DNA of 64,000 nt from a virus: positions 32,001 to 96,000 of the IMG/VR virus record IMGVR_UViG_3300030107_008258; one strand, 5' to 3'. The notes beneath the pieces were generated by a model. It ran no database searches, was not told the origin of the DNA, and was given only the letters and a program-made list of their open reading frames with translations. Within the stretch, counting starts at the first letter, position 1. The number at the start of each line of letters is the position of its first letter. Positions 26,314 through 35,832 of this stretch are shown here, piece after piece. Made by a program: the position numbers and the translations under genes.

Positions 26314-26335
26314 TTACACTCTTTTTTAAGTGTAA
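26314..26335. promoter_or_regulatory. Back-to-back divergent GTGTAA promoters
   Basis: TTACAC (26314-26319), 10 nt, GTGTAA (26330-26335); each is followed by TAAGGTA and an ATG. Confidence 0.65.
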
Positions 26336-26363
26336 TATAATAAATATAAAGGTTTAAGGTAAA

Positions 26364-26930
26364 ATGGCTAGCAGTATATATGATATTCCGCGTTATAACG
26401 CGGCGAAGGCTTACTCAAAAAACGATATTGTCTTCATAAGTAGCAATGTGGGAGGGTCAGGAGTCCCCCGATCCCTTAAATATTATTACGCTTTAAAAGC
26501 TCTAGCTGGAGGAGAAACTTCTGATCCAGCGACAGACACGACGGAATGGGGAGGCTATACTACCGTCAAAAAGAAGAAAGTTCCTTACTTACTCTGGACC
26601 CCTTCGTATAATTTAAACACAAGCCATAACCCTCGCTCCAATACTTTAGTTTTTGGAAATGGTTATGAACAAAGAATGCCTGACGGAATACATACAAGTC
26701 TTATTAAATTAGATGTTTCTTTTGATATGAGAAGCGAATCTGAGACACGAGCTATTTTACATTTTTTAAAAACCAGACGCAGTACTGAAAGTTTTATCAT
26801 TAAAAACTTACCTCCCATTTACGCAGACGCAGGCTATAAAAAACTTTTTATATGTCCGACATTTAGCTCATCTTTTACTTTTCATAATAATTATACAGTA
26901 AAAGCTACTTTTGTTGAAACTAATCATTAA
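26364..26930 (+). CDS. Minor tail protein, lambda gpM-like (distal tail)
   Basis: FGNGYEQRMPDGI motif, C-terminal ATFVE; precedes gpL. Confidence 0.8.
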   Translation: MASSIYDIPRYNAAKAYSKNDIVFISSNVGGSGVPRSLKYYYALKALAGGETSDPATDTTEWGGYTTVKKKKVPYLLWTPSYNLNTSHNPRSNTLVFGNGYEQRMPDGIHTSLIKLDVSFDMRSESETRAILHFLKTRRSTESFIIKNLPPIYADAGYKKLFICPTFSSSFTFHNNYTVKATFVETNH

Positions 26931-26932
26931 AA

Positions 26933-28195
26933 ATGCCCGAACCAAATCCCAAAATACCCTTTAACGACGAGACGAGAGCTCAGTCTTCTATTAAATCGCT
27001 AAACTATGAGCTTACTAACCTGACTCCTAGCGCGCTGATTACTTTTTTTGAGATAGATATAAATAAGCTACTAGAAACTAAAGGTTTAAATTTACAAGAG
27101 CAAGCTAAACAAGTTAATTTTGGCGGCAATGTTAATGATGGAATCCTGCGTTTTCACAATAATATCAAAGTTTTTAATTCTTATCTTATCTGGCGCGGGC
27201 AAACCTATTATCCCGCCCCTATTGCTGCAGAAGGATTCGAGTCGAGTTCAAAAGGAGTTCTTCCCCAACCTACCCTCACTATAGCTAGTCAAACAGAAGA
27301 CGGAATGGATCAACTCGCGCTTCTTAAGCATGAAATAAGAAAATTTGGAGATATTATAGGGTCTAAAGTTACACGAAGAAGAACGTTTGCTAAATATTTA
27401 GATAAAAGGAACTTTTTGGGAGGGTCTGCCGCCTCTACCAAAGCGTCTTCAATCCTTCCTCAAGGTTTTGAACCTGATCCGTACGCAGAGCTTCCCACTG
27501 ATGTTTATTTTATAGAAAGAAAACAGACGGAAAATAAAACAGTCTTAACTTATCAACTAGCTTCTGTTTTAGATATGGAAGGAACTAAAATTCCCAAGAG
27601 AGTAATAGTAGCAGATAAATGCGTTTGGCAATACAGGGGTATAGGTTGCTGGTATCAAAACGGAGAATTTGGAGTAAATGGCAATGGCGTTGAAACTAAA
27701 ACATATGATGACGTAAACTCAAAAACCGGGAAATCCACTTTCCCTCCCCTTTTAAAAAAAGCTGAAATTCCTTACTTGGGAGAAGAGTCTAATAGTGAAA
27801 AGACCCTTGGCCTTCCAAATAAGGCTGTTCCTGTAGCTACAGATAAAGATGAAAAAATAAGCGATATATTAGATATTTCTAACTTAAATGATCGATCAGA
27901 ATGGAAGGAAAGTCTTGAATACTCTCGTGGGGATTTTGTTTATATTTTAAAAGATCAAATAAAATATTACTTTGTATGTAAAATTGATGAAGGTACCAAA
28001 ATCACGGGAACAGATGCGATCCCTCCCAACTCTGATTACTGGATAGCAGATCAGTGTTCAAAATCATTAACGGGATGCCGGATGAGATGGGGAACCTCGA
28101 AAGGATCTGTGATTGATACCAACTGTGCTATAAAGAAAGGCCAGCTTCCCTTTGGAGGTTTTCCAGCCGCTAAAAAGATGTCACGATTAGGATAA
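26933..28195 (+). CDS. Minor tail protein, lambda gpL-like
   Basis: PQPTLTIA, GSKVTRRRTFAKYLD..NF, PDP, C.WQYRG.GC, DQCSKSLTGCRMR, LPFGGFP; four Fe-S cysteines. Confidence 0.92.
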   Translation: MPEPNPKIPFNDETRAQSSIKSLNYELTNLTPSALITFFEIDINKLLETKGLNLQEQAKQVNFGGNVNDGILRFHNNIKVFNSYLIWRGQTYYPAPIAAEGFESSSKGVLPQPTLTIASQTEDGMDQLALLKHEIRKFGDIIGSKVTRRRTFAKYLDKRNFLGGSAASTKASSILPQGFEPDPYAELPTDVYFIERKQTENKTVLTYQLASVLDMEGTKIPKRVIVADKCVWQYRGIGCWYQNGEFGVNGNGVETKTYDDVNSKTGKSTFPPLLKKAEIPYLGEESNSEKTLGLPNKAVPVATDKDEKISDILDISNLNDRSEWKESLEYSRGDFVYILKDQIKYYFVCKIDEGTKITGTDAIPPNSDYWIADQCSKSLTGCRMRWGTSKGSVIDTNCAIKKGQLPFGGFPAAKKMSRLG

Positions 28196-28932
28196 TGCTT
28201 ACTACTAATATAAAAAAAGCGATAAAGACTCATGCGTTATCCTCAACGCCCAAAGAGTGTTGTGGAATTTTATACGAGAAGTCCGGAGCTACCCTTGCTC
28301 ATGAATGTATGAATGTTTCTGAAGAGCCAGAAAAACATTTTTCAATTCGTCCTCGTGATTACTTAACGGCTTCAAAAAAAGGATCAGTTAAAGCAGTATA
28401 TCATTCTCATGTTTCAGATAATAATAAGTTTTCTCCCAATGACATGATCAATAGCAGGGCTCATCAAGTCCCTTTTGTATTATACAGTATTGGAAAAGAT
28501 TGCTTTTCTACTTTTGACCCTCGTAAAAACAAAACCTTTCTTTATGATCGGACGTTTAAAATAGGAGAAACAGATTGTTATACCGTAGTAAAAGAATATT
28601 ATAAAGATTTAGGTATAGAAATTAACGGGAGAAATGACCTAGGAAACGATTGGCATAAAAAAGATCCTTCTCTTATACAGAAACTTTTTGAGCTTAATAA
28701 AAACAATCCAGATTTACCCATTATTGAATTGGGCGCTACAACCCAACTCCAAAAACATGACGTAATAGTATTTGAATTTATTAAGGGTCGAGGACCAAAC
28801 CATGTAGCTGTTTATCTAGATGATGGAAATATTCTTCATCATCCTCGTAATAAATATCTTTCTATTGAACCTTTAAGTAATACCTACAAAAAAACTATTT
28901 GTAAAATATATAGACATGAGCAACTTAGCTAA
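28195..28932 (+). CDS. Tail assembly protein, lambda gpK-like (JAB + NlpC/P60)
   Basis: PKECCG, YHSH...S.ND, DCYTVVKEYY, NHVAVY, ILHH. Confidence 0.9.
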   Translation: MLTTNIKKAIKTHALSSTPKECCGILYEKSGATLAHECMNVSEEPEKHFSIRPRDYLTASKKGSVKAVYHSHVSDNNKFSPNDMINSRAHQVPFVLYSIGKDCFSTFDPRKNKTFLYDRTFKIGETDCYTVVKEYYKDLGIEINGRNDLGNDWHKKDPSLIQKLFELNKNNPDLPIIELGATTQLQKHDVIVFEFIKGRGPNHVAVYLDDGNILHHPRNKYLSIEPLSNTYKKTICKIYRHEQLS

Positions 28933-29722
28933 CATTAAGATACATGGCATCTTAGCCGAACAGCTCGGAAGATCCGAATGGAAACTTTCAGTTAAAAGCA
29001 TTGGAGACGCCGTTCGGGGGATACAATGCAATAGTAAAAAATTGTACCAACAACTGTTAGAAAATGATAAAAAAAATATAAGGTATAGGATTCTAATAAA
29101 TGAAAAAGACTTCGCAATGGAAGAAGGAAAAGATCCTGATTCTTTTGAAGATTTGGCTAATTCAGAGTTGGCCCTTCAACACCAAAATATAAAAAGTATA
29201 GATATCGTCCCCGTCATAGAAGGGTCTGACGTTATGGACATTTTTACAGTTATTCTTGGAGCGGCTTTAATATTTGCGGGAGGCGTGGGCCTTGGTTTAT
29301 TTGGCGCACCTGCATGGACTTCGGGAGCCTTTGCAGCAATGGGAGCAGGAGGATGGAGCGCGGCCTTTTCTGGCGCTTTAATGCTTGGGGGTATAGGGTT
29401 AATGGCCGCTGGCATTACCAACCTCATGACCTCCATGCCTAAATTTGGAGATTTTAGAGAAATAGAAGGCGGCGGAAGCCGTTCCTATCTTTTTAATGGT
29501 CCGGAAAATACAGTTAGAGAAGGCGGTCCGGTTTTCGTAGGATATGGAAGACTTCTTATTGGTAGTCATGTTATTCAAGCGGCCACGGATACTGTGGATG
29601 CAGATGCACAGGTGACACCTAAAGATACATGGGGTGAAACAAAATATGGATTGCTTTATAATATACCAAACGCAGGAGGACTTCTTGCTGCTCGTGTAAA
29701 AGATTGGAGTAAAGGCGACTAA
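28916..29722 (+). CDS. Tail assembly protein, lambda gpI-like
   Basis: IVPVIEGS, hydrophobic Gly-rich segment, SYLFNGPENT..EG.PVFVGYG.LLIGSHVI. Confidence 0.9.
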   Translation: MSNLANIKIHGILAEQLGRSEWKLSVKSIGDAVRGIQCNSKKLYQQLLENDKKNIRYRILINEKDFAMEEGKDPDSFEDLANSELALQHQNIKSIDIVPVIEGSDVMDIFTVILGAALIFAGGVGLGLFGAPAWTSGAFAAMGAGGWSAAFSGALMLGGIGLMAAGITNLMTSMPKFGDFREIEGGGSRSYLFNGPENTVREGGPVFVGYGRLLIGSHVIQAATDTVDADAQVTPKDTWGETKYGLLYNIPNAGGLLAARVKDWSKGD

Positions 29723-32700
29723 TGGGTAAGAAAAAACAAAAACAAGCTCGACCAATTGTTACAGATGTTTCTGCGGTTAAAAATGCAGCCGGAGAATATG
29801 TAGTTTCTCGTTCCTATGCGGAAGTAGTGGATTTACTTAGTGAAGGTGTTATAGATGGATTAACTTCAGGAAATTATAAATATGAAGGAAAAGAAAACGC
29901 GACAGGATACAACACTCAAACATTTACTCAATACCAAGCTACTGGATCTAATCTTCAAAATAAAGATAGTTTAGGATTTCTTCAATCTATTTATTGGAAC
30001 GAAATTCCTGTAGTTGACAAGGATGGATTTTATAATTTTCCATCTATAAATCTTCAAAAAGTAGATGGAGATCCCCAAGGGGCTATCCCTAAATTAAATA
30101 CGGAAATGAATATGTATGCAGGCGTTACCTCCAGCGACTTGCTAGACCTAACACTTAATCGGTCAATAGGTGAACGACTTTATGGCCCAGAGATACAAGG
30201 AGGAGATGCTGCGCCCACTTCGGAGAAAGTTGCTCAATTGAAACCCGGGGTTAAAATAGATAAATACGCAAAAACCTACATGATATTAAATCGTGAGATA
30301 CAAAAAATTCTTGTTCATGTTAAGGTTTCGGCTTTATTTGAAAATCTCCAAGCTGGCCCCAAGACCTATAAGAAATCTAAGTATCTTAATGCTTGTAATT
30401 CAGCTTCCTCAGGTTACGGAGATACGAAAGCTCGAACTGTTACATACAATATATATTATCGTCCTATTTTTGATCCCCGATTCAAGCCCTCAGACAGTAC
30501 GGGTACTGTAAAGGCTGCTGGAGATGTGCAATGGTCATCTCCTATAGTTGAATCAGTAGAAGGTAAAGTTGACCAACCTTACGTAAGGGCAACTACAGTA
30601 GATCTTGACCAGTTTGATTACTCTGACTTGGACGGTTTCGAAGGGTGGGAAATAAGAATAGTGAGATTAACCCCAGAGCCCCTTACTTCATTTTACAAAG
30701 CAGTAACTTTTGTAGACTCTATAGTAGAAGTATATGGTACCAAACTTAGGTACCCTTACTCGGCTATGGTATATTCACAATTTGATGCACGATCATTTAG
30801 TAGAATTCCCAGTCGAGCTTACGACACCCGTTTAATTAAAGTTAAAATTCCCAACAATTATAATCCCTATCTAAAATGTTATGGGAAAAGTACTGAATCG
30901 GAGAGCGCTGTTGTACAGGGAGTAAGCACAGGAGCAAGAACTAATTCAAGCTTTTTAAATGACGTCTGGTCAAAAACAGTCGTGACCGCTAATCACGAGT
31001 CAGAATGGGATGGAGGCTTTGCAGAAAACACAGACGGGAGCCCAAGAAAAGTATGGACTGATAATCCCGCATGGTGTTTTTACGATTTGATGACCAATCC
31101 TCGGTACGGCCTTGGAGAGTATATAGACGAAACACAAATTGACAAATGGGCTCTTTATGAAATTGGCCAGTATTGTGACGAACTCGTTCCAGATACTTAT
31201 GGAGGACTTGAACCACGTTTTACTATTAATTATTTGATCACTTCTCGCGAAGAGGCTTTTAAAGTTTTAAACGATCTTACTTCAATTTTTCGAGGAATAG
31301 CTTATTATGCGCAGGGAAGTATTTTTGCAGTTCAAGATAAGTTAAGAGATGCAATTTATCAGTTTAATAACTCAAATGTACTTCAAGGCAATTTTACCTA
31401 TTCAAGCTCCTCGAAAAAAGCTCGCCACAGCGTAGCTATTGTTAGGTATAATGATAAAAGAAATTTCTTCCAGCCCGCTATAGAGTATTTGGAAGACGAC
31501 GAATCTGTAAGAAGGTACGGTATTAGAGAAATAGAAACTACAGCTCTAGGCGCTACCAGTCGCGGGCAAGCTCGAAGATTTGCTAAATGGGTTTTACAAT
31601 CAGAGGCTCTCGAGACAGAGACTGTATCTTTCGGGGTAGGAAACGATGGAGCTTACCTAAGGCCCGGAGATGTTATACAAGTTTACGATAACTTTAGAAG
31701 CCCATTAAAATATAGCGGACGCACTAACGCGATCATAAGTGGAGTCGCGGCTAACGTAAGCAGTACTGACGGAGTCGCAGCGCAAAACGGAAATGCCTAT
31801 TCTGCTTCCTCAAATTTTAATACTGTTACTATTGATCAAGCTTTAAATTTTTCCGCTGATAAAAAATATAAGTTTTCTCTCTTAACCCCTACCTACAATA
31901 CTAACACGGGAGAAGCTGAGGAGATAAGAAGATCTCAACTTCAATCCTTAACCTTCAGCGGAGCTCACACCAACGTTATAACTGGAGCTTATCGTTCAGA
32001 CTTTTACGAAGGAGGAAGCGGTGTCTGCACTCAAATATCTTTTAATAGCGGAGCACAATTTGGAGGAGTAGATAATTATTTAAATTTTGAAGATTATGTC
32101 ATTACAGGTTACACCAATACAGGAGTAATGGTAGGAGGCACGATAGAAAATATGAGAGTCGCAACGGAAAGCTATTCTGGCGGATGTTTTTCTGGCGAAA
32201 ATTTAATATGGAGCGTGGAACCGGACGATAAAGATGACCCAGAATTTGTTAGCGGAAATTACTCTAATTATAAAATAATAAATATTAAAGAAGAAGAAGA
32301 CTCTTATTCAGTTTCAGCTCTAGCTTACTCTACAGGAAAATATTCAGAAATAGAAGAGGCGGGTAACGTGCAGGGCAACGGTCTAACTAGAATCCCCTAC
32401 TTCCCTACAGGAGATCCGGCCGGATCCTCCACCTCAACGCTATCAACAGTAGGAACTTCTCTAACTAAAGGGCACGCTGTTATGGATGGCTCCACAGAGA
32501 CTGTTTATGGCACCCTTGAGGTAAAGTTTCCTGCCGCGGGTTATAAATTAGAAAAATCGGAGGACGATGATGGCACCGCCACTGTATGGTCTTTAGTAGA
32601 TGAAAATCTAGACCAATTAGACATTACGTACTATATTGCAGTTATAAATAATTCAAGCGATCTTCCTACTGCTGATTCCAGCTTCACCAATGAAAACCAA

Positions 32701-34950
32701 GTAAAAATATTACCTCCTTCCCGTTTTAGCGACTACGCATCTTTAATAACTGAAACAATTCCTAATCCAGCAATTTTAGGAACTGATAGTGAAGAAAATA
32801 GTATTCTTAATAAAAGAAGAAAAAATAACAATATATATGCAGAATATCTGCTTCAGCCCGGAGTTGGAACATACTGGGTCGCGGTTTTCGCCCTTTCACA
32901 AACCAGCACCTGTTCTTACGGTATGCTTTCTTATATTACTCCTGAAGTGGAGGACACTCAACTTTCTAGTGATGTAGGAACTCTTACTTTAAATAATTTA
33001 ACTACCGAAGGAATTGAACATTATGGCGTCGACTCTTTTACTCCATCAGGTATAGAAAGTGTAGAACCGGGTTTCACTTGGAATGTATCTAGCAAAGGAA
33101 TTTTTTCCGCTCCTGAAGACCACGATGATCCCCGTTTTTCCCTACCCATTGATAATAAAGATCGCCAATACAGAATAACAATAAGAAAACCCAGCTCGGA
33201 AGAATCACAGACTAGCCTAAATACCCCAACCCAAGATATATACGTTGAGATTACTGGATACAATTCTCAAACCTCCTCTCCTAATTTCGTATTCCAAAAA
33301 GAATATAATAATCCACATTTTATAACTGGATACAGAGCCGACGCTCACGTTACAGGATGGGACGCTCAAGAAAGTCAGGTAGGAACCTATCAATCTGACA
33401 AAGAAAAAGCTGATTGGCTTTCTGTAAGCGGTAGTGGATTTAATATAAAAAATAATACAAACCTTTTTCCCTTAAGAGAATTTGATGTAGTAGTTGAAGC
33501 CCATGATCGAGATGGTAATACTAGCGCCGGAAACAAAGTATTTCAAAACACTATTCAAAAAATCAAACCTTACTCAACAGAAGAATGGAACCTAAGTAAT
33601 TCCCAATTTGATATATTTGGAGCTAAAATTGAATCTCCTAGTGGAATTTTCTTTGCGCAAACTACAGGTCCAGAAAGCGACCATAATTTAGGTTTAGATT
33701 ATAGCTTTATAACGCGGGCTGCAGCTTTTGATAAAAAATATCCTTATGTTGCCTCTGCATATATTTATCCCAATGGGTACTTTGAGGTAATTTTAAATCA
33801 CGCAACTAGTACAGTTGGAGTGAATGTTTCTAGCGATGAAGAAATAGATCGCTTTTTTAACAATACAGCAGGAATTGTTTACTACTACACAACAGGAGAT
33901 AATACTGTAGACTACGTAGACGGAAAACCTATTGCAATGAATAAGGCCGCTTCCTTTACGCTTGAAACTACCAAGGGCGTTAATGGTACTACACAAAGTC
34001 TTTTAGATAATGATGAGAATATAGGTCTTCAAGATTCAATAACTCCAGCGACTATGACTGCAGCAGGCGAAGTTAGTAGTCCCGCAACTGCATTTGGTGG
34101 ATTGGTTAATTTAGGAGCTCGAACAGTAGAGGTTAATGTTCATAGAGGTTATTATTTATTTAATGATTCCGACACTGCAGAAGCTTTACGAATACCTTTT
34201 CCTGATATTAGTCGAGATAGTATAGAAAATATACAAATAGTTTTTGGATACTTTGATGACCTGCATGTATTATCCGCCTTTGAAGGAGATGGACAAACCG
34301 CAAAAACGCGTAAAGCCATAAAAGATGATATGGAATATTTAACCCCGGAAATATTCTTTGAAAATGGGATTAATTATTCCAGTAGCGCCGAAGGTGCATC
34401 TAAAACAGATCTTAACGCTAATACTTATGGCCAGCATATGGTTGGGGGAGTTGCTCAAAGTTTATTTCTAAACGAAGGGAGTGTTCTTGGTGCCGGAGAC
34501 CGAGCCTTAGCCTTTAGAGCGTGGGGCTCTATAAGAGTCCCGGGCGCAGGAGATCAACCCGTTAATTACATGTCTGGTCCCGTCGCCGAATCAGATTTAA
34601 TTCATAAAATATTAAAAAATATACCGGGAGAAATAGAAATAGAACAAATTATTAGCAGTGAGGGACTTACGGACTCAGAAAAACTGGACCACCATAATAG
34701 TTACTTTAGAAAGATTATATTAAAAATTCCATCCATCCCCGGGCTTAACCCCAACAAGTCTGCTGTTTTTGTCTCAAATGACTATAGCCAAAATTATGGT
34801 TCGAAATATACTATAAATGAAGACGGAGGAGTTGAAATCACCGTCGAGTCTCTGAACCCATACCCTCGTACTCTGTATGATAGGTCTGATTATTTCGCGA
34901 ATCACGTACCGCTGACTATTAATTTTGGAATAGTAATGACTAATCAATAA
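29722..34950 (+). CDS. Central tail fibre/tip attachment protein, lambda gpJ-like
   Basis: DLLSEG.I.G, LRYPYSA, WTDNPAWCFYD...NPRYGLG, IDKWALY..GQYCDELV, EPRFT.N, TSRGQARR..KW.L, RPGDVI. Confidence 0.93.
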   Translation: MGKKKQKQARPIVTDVSAVKNAAGEYVVSRSYAEVVDLLSEGVIDGLTSGNYKYEGKENATGYNTQTFTQYQATGSNLQNKDSLGFLQSIYWNEIPVVDKDGFYNFPSINLQKVDGDPQGAIPKLNTEMNMYAGVTSSDLLDLTLNRSIGERLYGPEIQGGDAAPTSEKVAQLKPGVKIDKYAKTYMILNREIQKILVHVKVSALFENLQAGPKTYKKSKYLNACNSASSGYGDTKARTVTYNIYYRPIFDPRFKPSDSTGTVKAAGDVQWSSPIVESVEGKVDQPYVRATTVDLDQFDYSDLDGFEGWEIRIVRLTPEPLTSFYKAVTFVDSIVEVYGTKLRYPYSAMVYSQFDARSFSRIPSRAYDTRLIKVKIPNNYNPYLKCYGKSTESESAVVQGVSTGARTNSSFLNDVWSKTVVTANHESEWDGGFAENTDGSPRKVWTDNPAWCFYDLMTNPRYGLGEYIDETQIDKWALYEIGQYCDELVPDTYGGLEPRFTINYLITSREEAFKVLNDLTSIFRGIAYYAQGSIFAVQDKLRDAIYQFNNSNVLQGNFTYSSSSKKARHSVAIVRYNDKRNFFQPAIEYLEDDESVRRYGIREIETTALGATSRGQARRFAKWVLQSEALETETVSFGVGNDGAYLRPGDVIQVYDNFRSPLKYSGRTNAIISGVAANVSSTDGVAAQNGNAYSASSNFNTVTIDQALNFSADKKYKFSLLTPTYNTNTGEAEEIRRSQLQSLTFSGAHTNVITGAYRSDFYEGGSGVCTQISFNSGAQFGGVDNYLNFEDYVITGYTNTGVMVGGTIENMRVATESYSGGCFSGENLIWSVEPDDKDDPEFVSGNYSNYKIINIKEEEDSYSVSALAYSTGKYSEIEEAGNVQGNGLTRIPYFPTGDPAGSSTSTLSTVGTSLTKGHAVMDGSTETVYGTLEVKFPAAGYKLEKSEDDDGTATVWSLVDENLDQLDITYYIAVINNSSDLPTADSSFTNENQVKILPPSRFSDYASLITETIPNPAILGTDSEENSILNKRRKNNNIYAEYLLQPGVGTYWVAVFALSQTSTCSYGMLSYITPEVEDTQLSSDVGTLTLNNLTTEGIEHYGVDSFTPSGIESVEPGFTWNVSSKGIFSAPEDHDDPRFSLPIDNKDRQYRITIRKPSSEESQTSLNTPTQDIYVEITGYNSQTSSPNFVFQKEYNNPHFITGYRADAHVTGWDAQESQVGTYQSDKEKADWLSVSGSGFNIKNNTNLFPLREFDVVVEAHDRDGNTSAGNKVFQNTIQKIKPYSTEEWNLSNSQFDIFGAKIESPSGIFFAQTTGPESDHNLGLDYSFITRAAAFDKKYPYVASAYIYPNGYFEVILNHATSTVGVNVSSDEEIDRFFNNTAGIVYYYTTGDNTVDYVDGKPIAMNKAASFTLETTKGVNGTTQSLLDNDENIGLQDSITPATMTAAGEVSSPATAFGGLVNLGARTVEVNVHRGYYLFNDSDTAEALRIPFPDISRDSIENIQIVFGYFDDLHVLSAFEGDGQTAKTRKAIKDDMEYLTPEIFFENGINYSSSAEGASKTDLNANTYGQHMVGGVAQSLFLNEGSVLGAGDRALAFRAWGSIRVPGAGDQPVNYMSGPVAESDLIHKILKNIPGEIEIEQIISSEGLTDSEKLDHHNSYFRKIILKIPSIPGLNPNKSAVFVSNDYSQNYGSKYTINEDGGVEITVESLNPYPRTLYDRSDYFANHVPLTINFGIVMTNQ

Positions 34951-34959
34951 AATAAGAAC

Positions 34960-35832
34960 ATGAAACCTGAGACTTTTCAAGCCTCTATTGAAAAAGGCTC
35001 TAATAAATTATATCTTCAATCCAACCGTGAAGCAGCTACTAGAAATGGAGCATTCATAAAGCTTGATTCAAACGATATTTTTTATCGTATTGAATCCTCA
35101 GAAAGCATTAACATAAGAAGAAAGTTTACCTTTGATGGCGACCACTCTATTAAAATAAAAGGTAACTACGACTTTAAGTTAAGTACGGGAGATTCCGCAA
35201 AAATAACTTTTGACGAACTCGAAGCTGTTCATGTAGGTAAGCTTATCGATCAGCAAGGTAAATATAAAGTAGGGCAAAAAATCTATCTTCAAGGAGGCAT
35301 TACATCAAGTTTTAGCGGCAACATTACTGGAGAATATGGAGAAGTAGAAGTATTAAAAGTAGATGAAGCGGGAAAAATCTTATCTGTTGAATTAACTAAA
35401 CCGGGGCTCTATATTAAACCTCCTGAAAACCCAGTAGATATCATGGATGAAACAGGACAAACTTTAAAAGCAGAAGTTGAGTTTGACTCTTCATCACATT
35501 CTTCAATAATAGAAAGAGATTTTACTTCTGTAGAAAATTCTGGATCAGAAACTTTAATAAGACTTTCTTATGATCTACCTAAAGGTGTTTTATTCGGGGA
35601 GATGACAGTGTCTAAGCAGGTTATATTACTAGATAAACCTTATTCAAGTGAATCTTTCGAAAACGGAATATGTCAAATAACTTTCGACTACTCACCCGTT
35701 AATGGAATACCTCTTTTACCACCTAACAGTATAGACCCCCAAACAACTTATAACGAAGCTGTCTTAATAATAGAAAATAAACTTCAAAATATGGAAAAAA
35801 GAATAGTGCGTATGGAAAATATGAATTATTAA
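34960..35832 (+). CDS. Putative tail-associated protein
   Basis: Follows gpJ; C-terminal P..GIPL......YNEA...IE motif; its stop overlaps the tape measure stop. Confidence 0.55.
   Translation: MKPETFQASIEKGSNKLYLQSNREAATRNGAFIKLDSNDIFYRIESSESINIRRKFTFDGDHSIKIKGNYDFKLSTGDSAKITFDELEAVHVGKLIDQQGKYKVGQKIYLQGGITSSFSGNITGEYGEVEVLKVDEAGKILSVELTKPGLYIKPPENPVDIMDETGQTLKAEVEFDSSSHSSIIERDFTSVENSGSETLIRLSYDLPKGVLFGEMTVSKQVILLDKPYSSESFENGICQITFDYSPVNGIPLLPPNSIDPQTTYNEAVLIIENKLQNMEKRIVRMENMNY

Noticed and set aside
26314-35832. Actively invertible segment
   Set aside because: No inverted repeats flank the block, the right junction is overlapping stop codons, and no recombinase is nearby.
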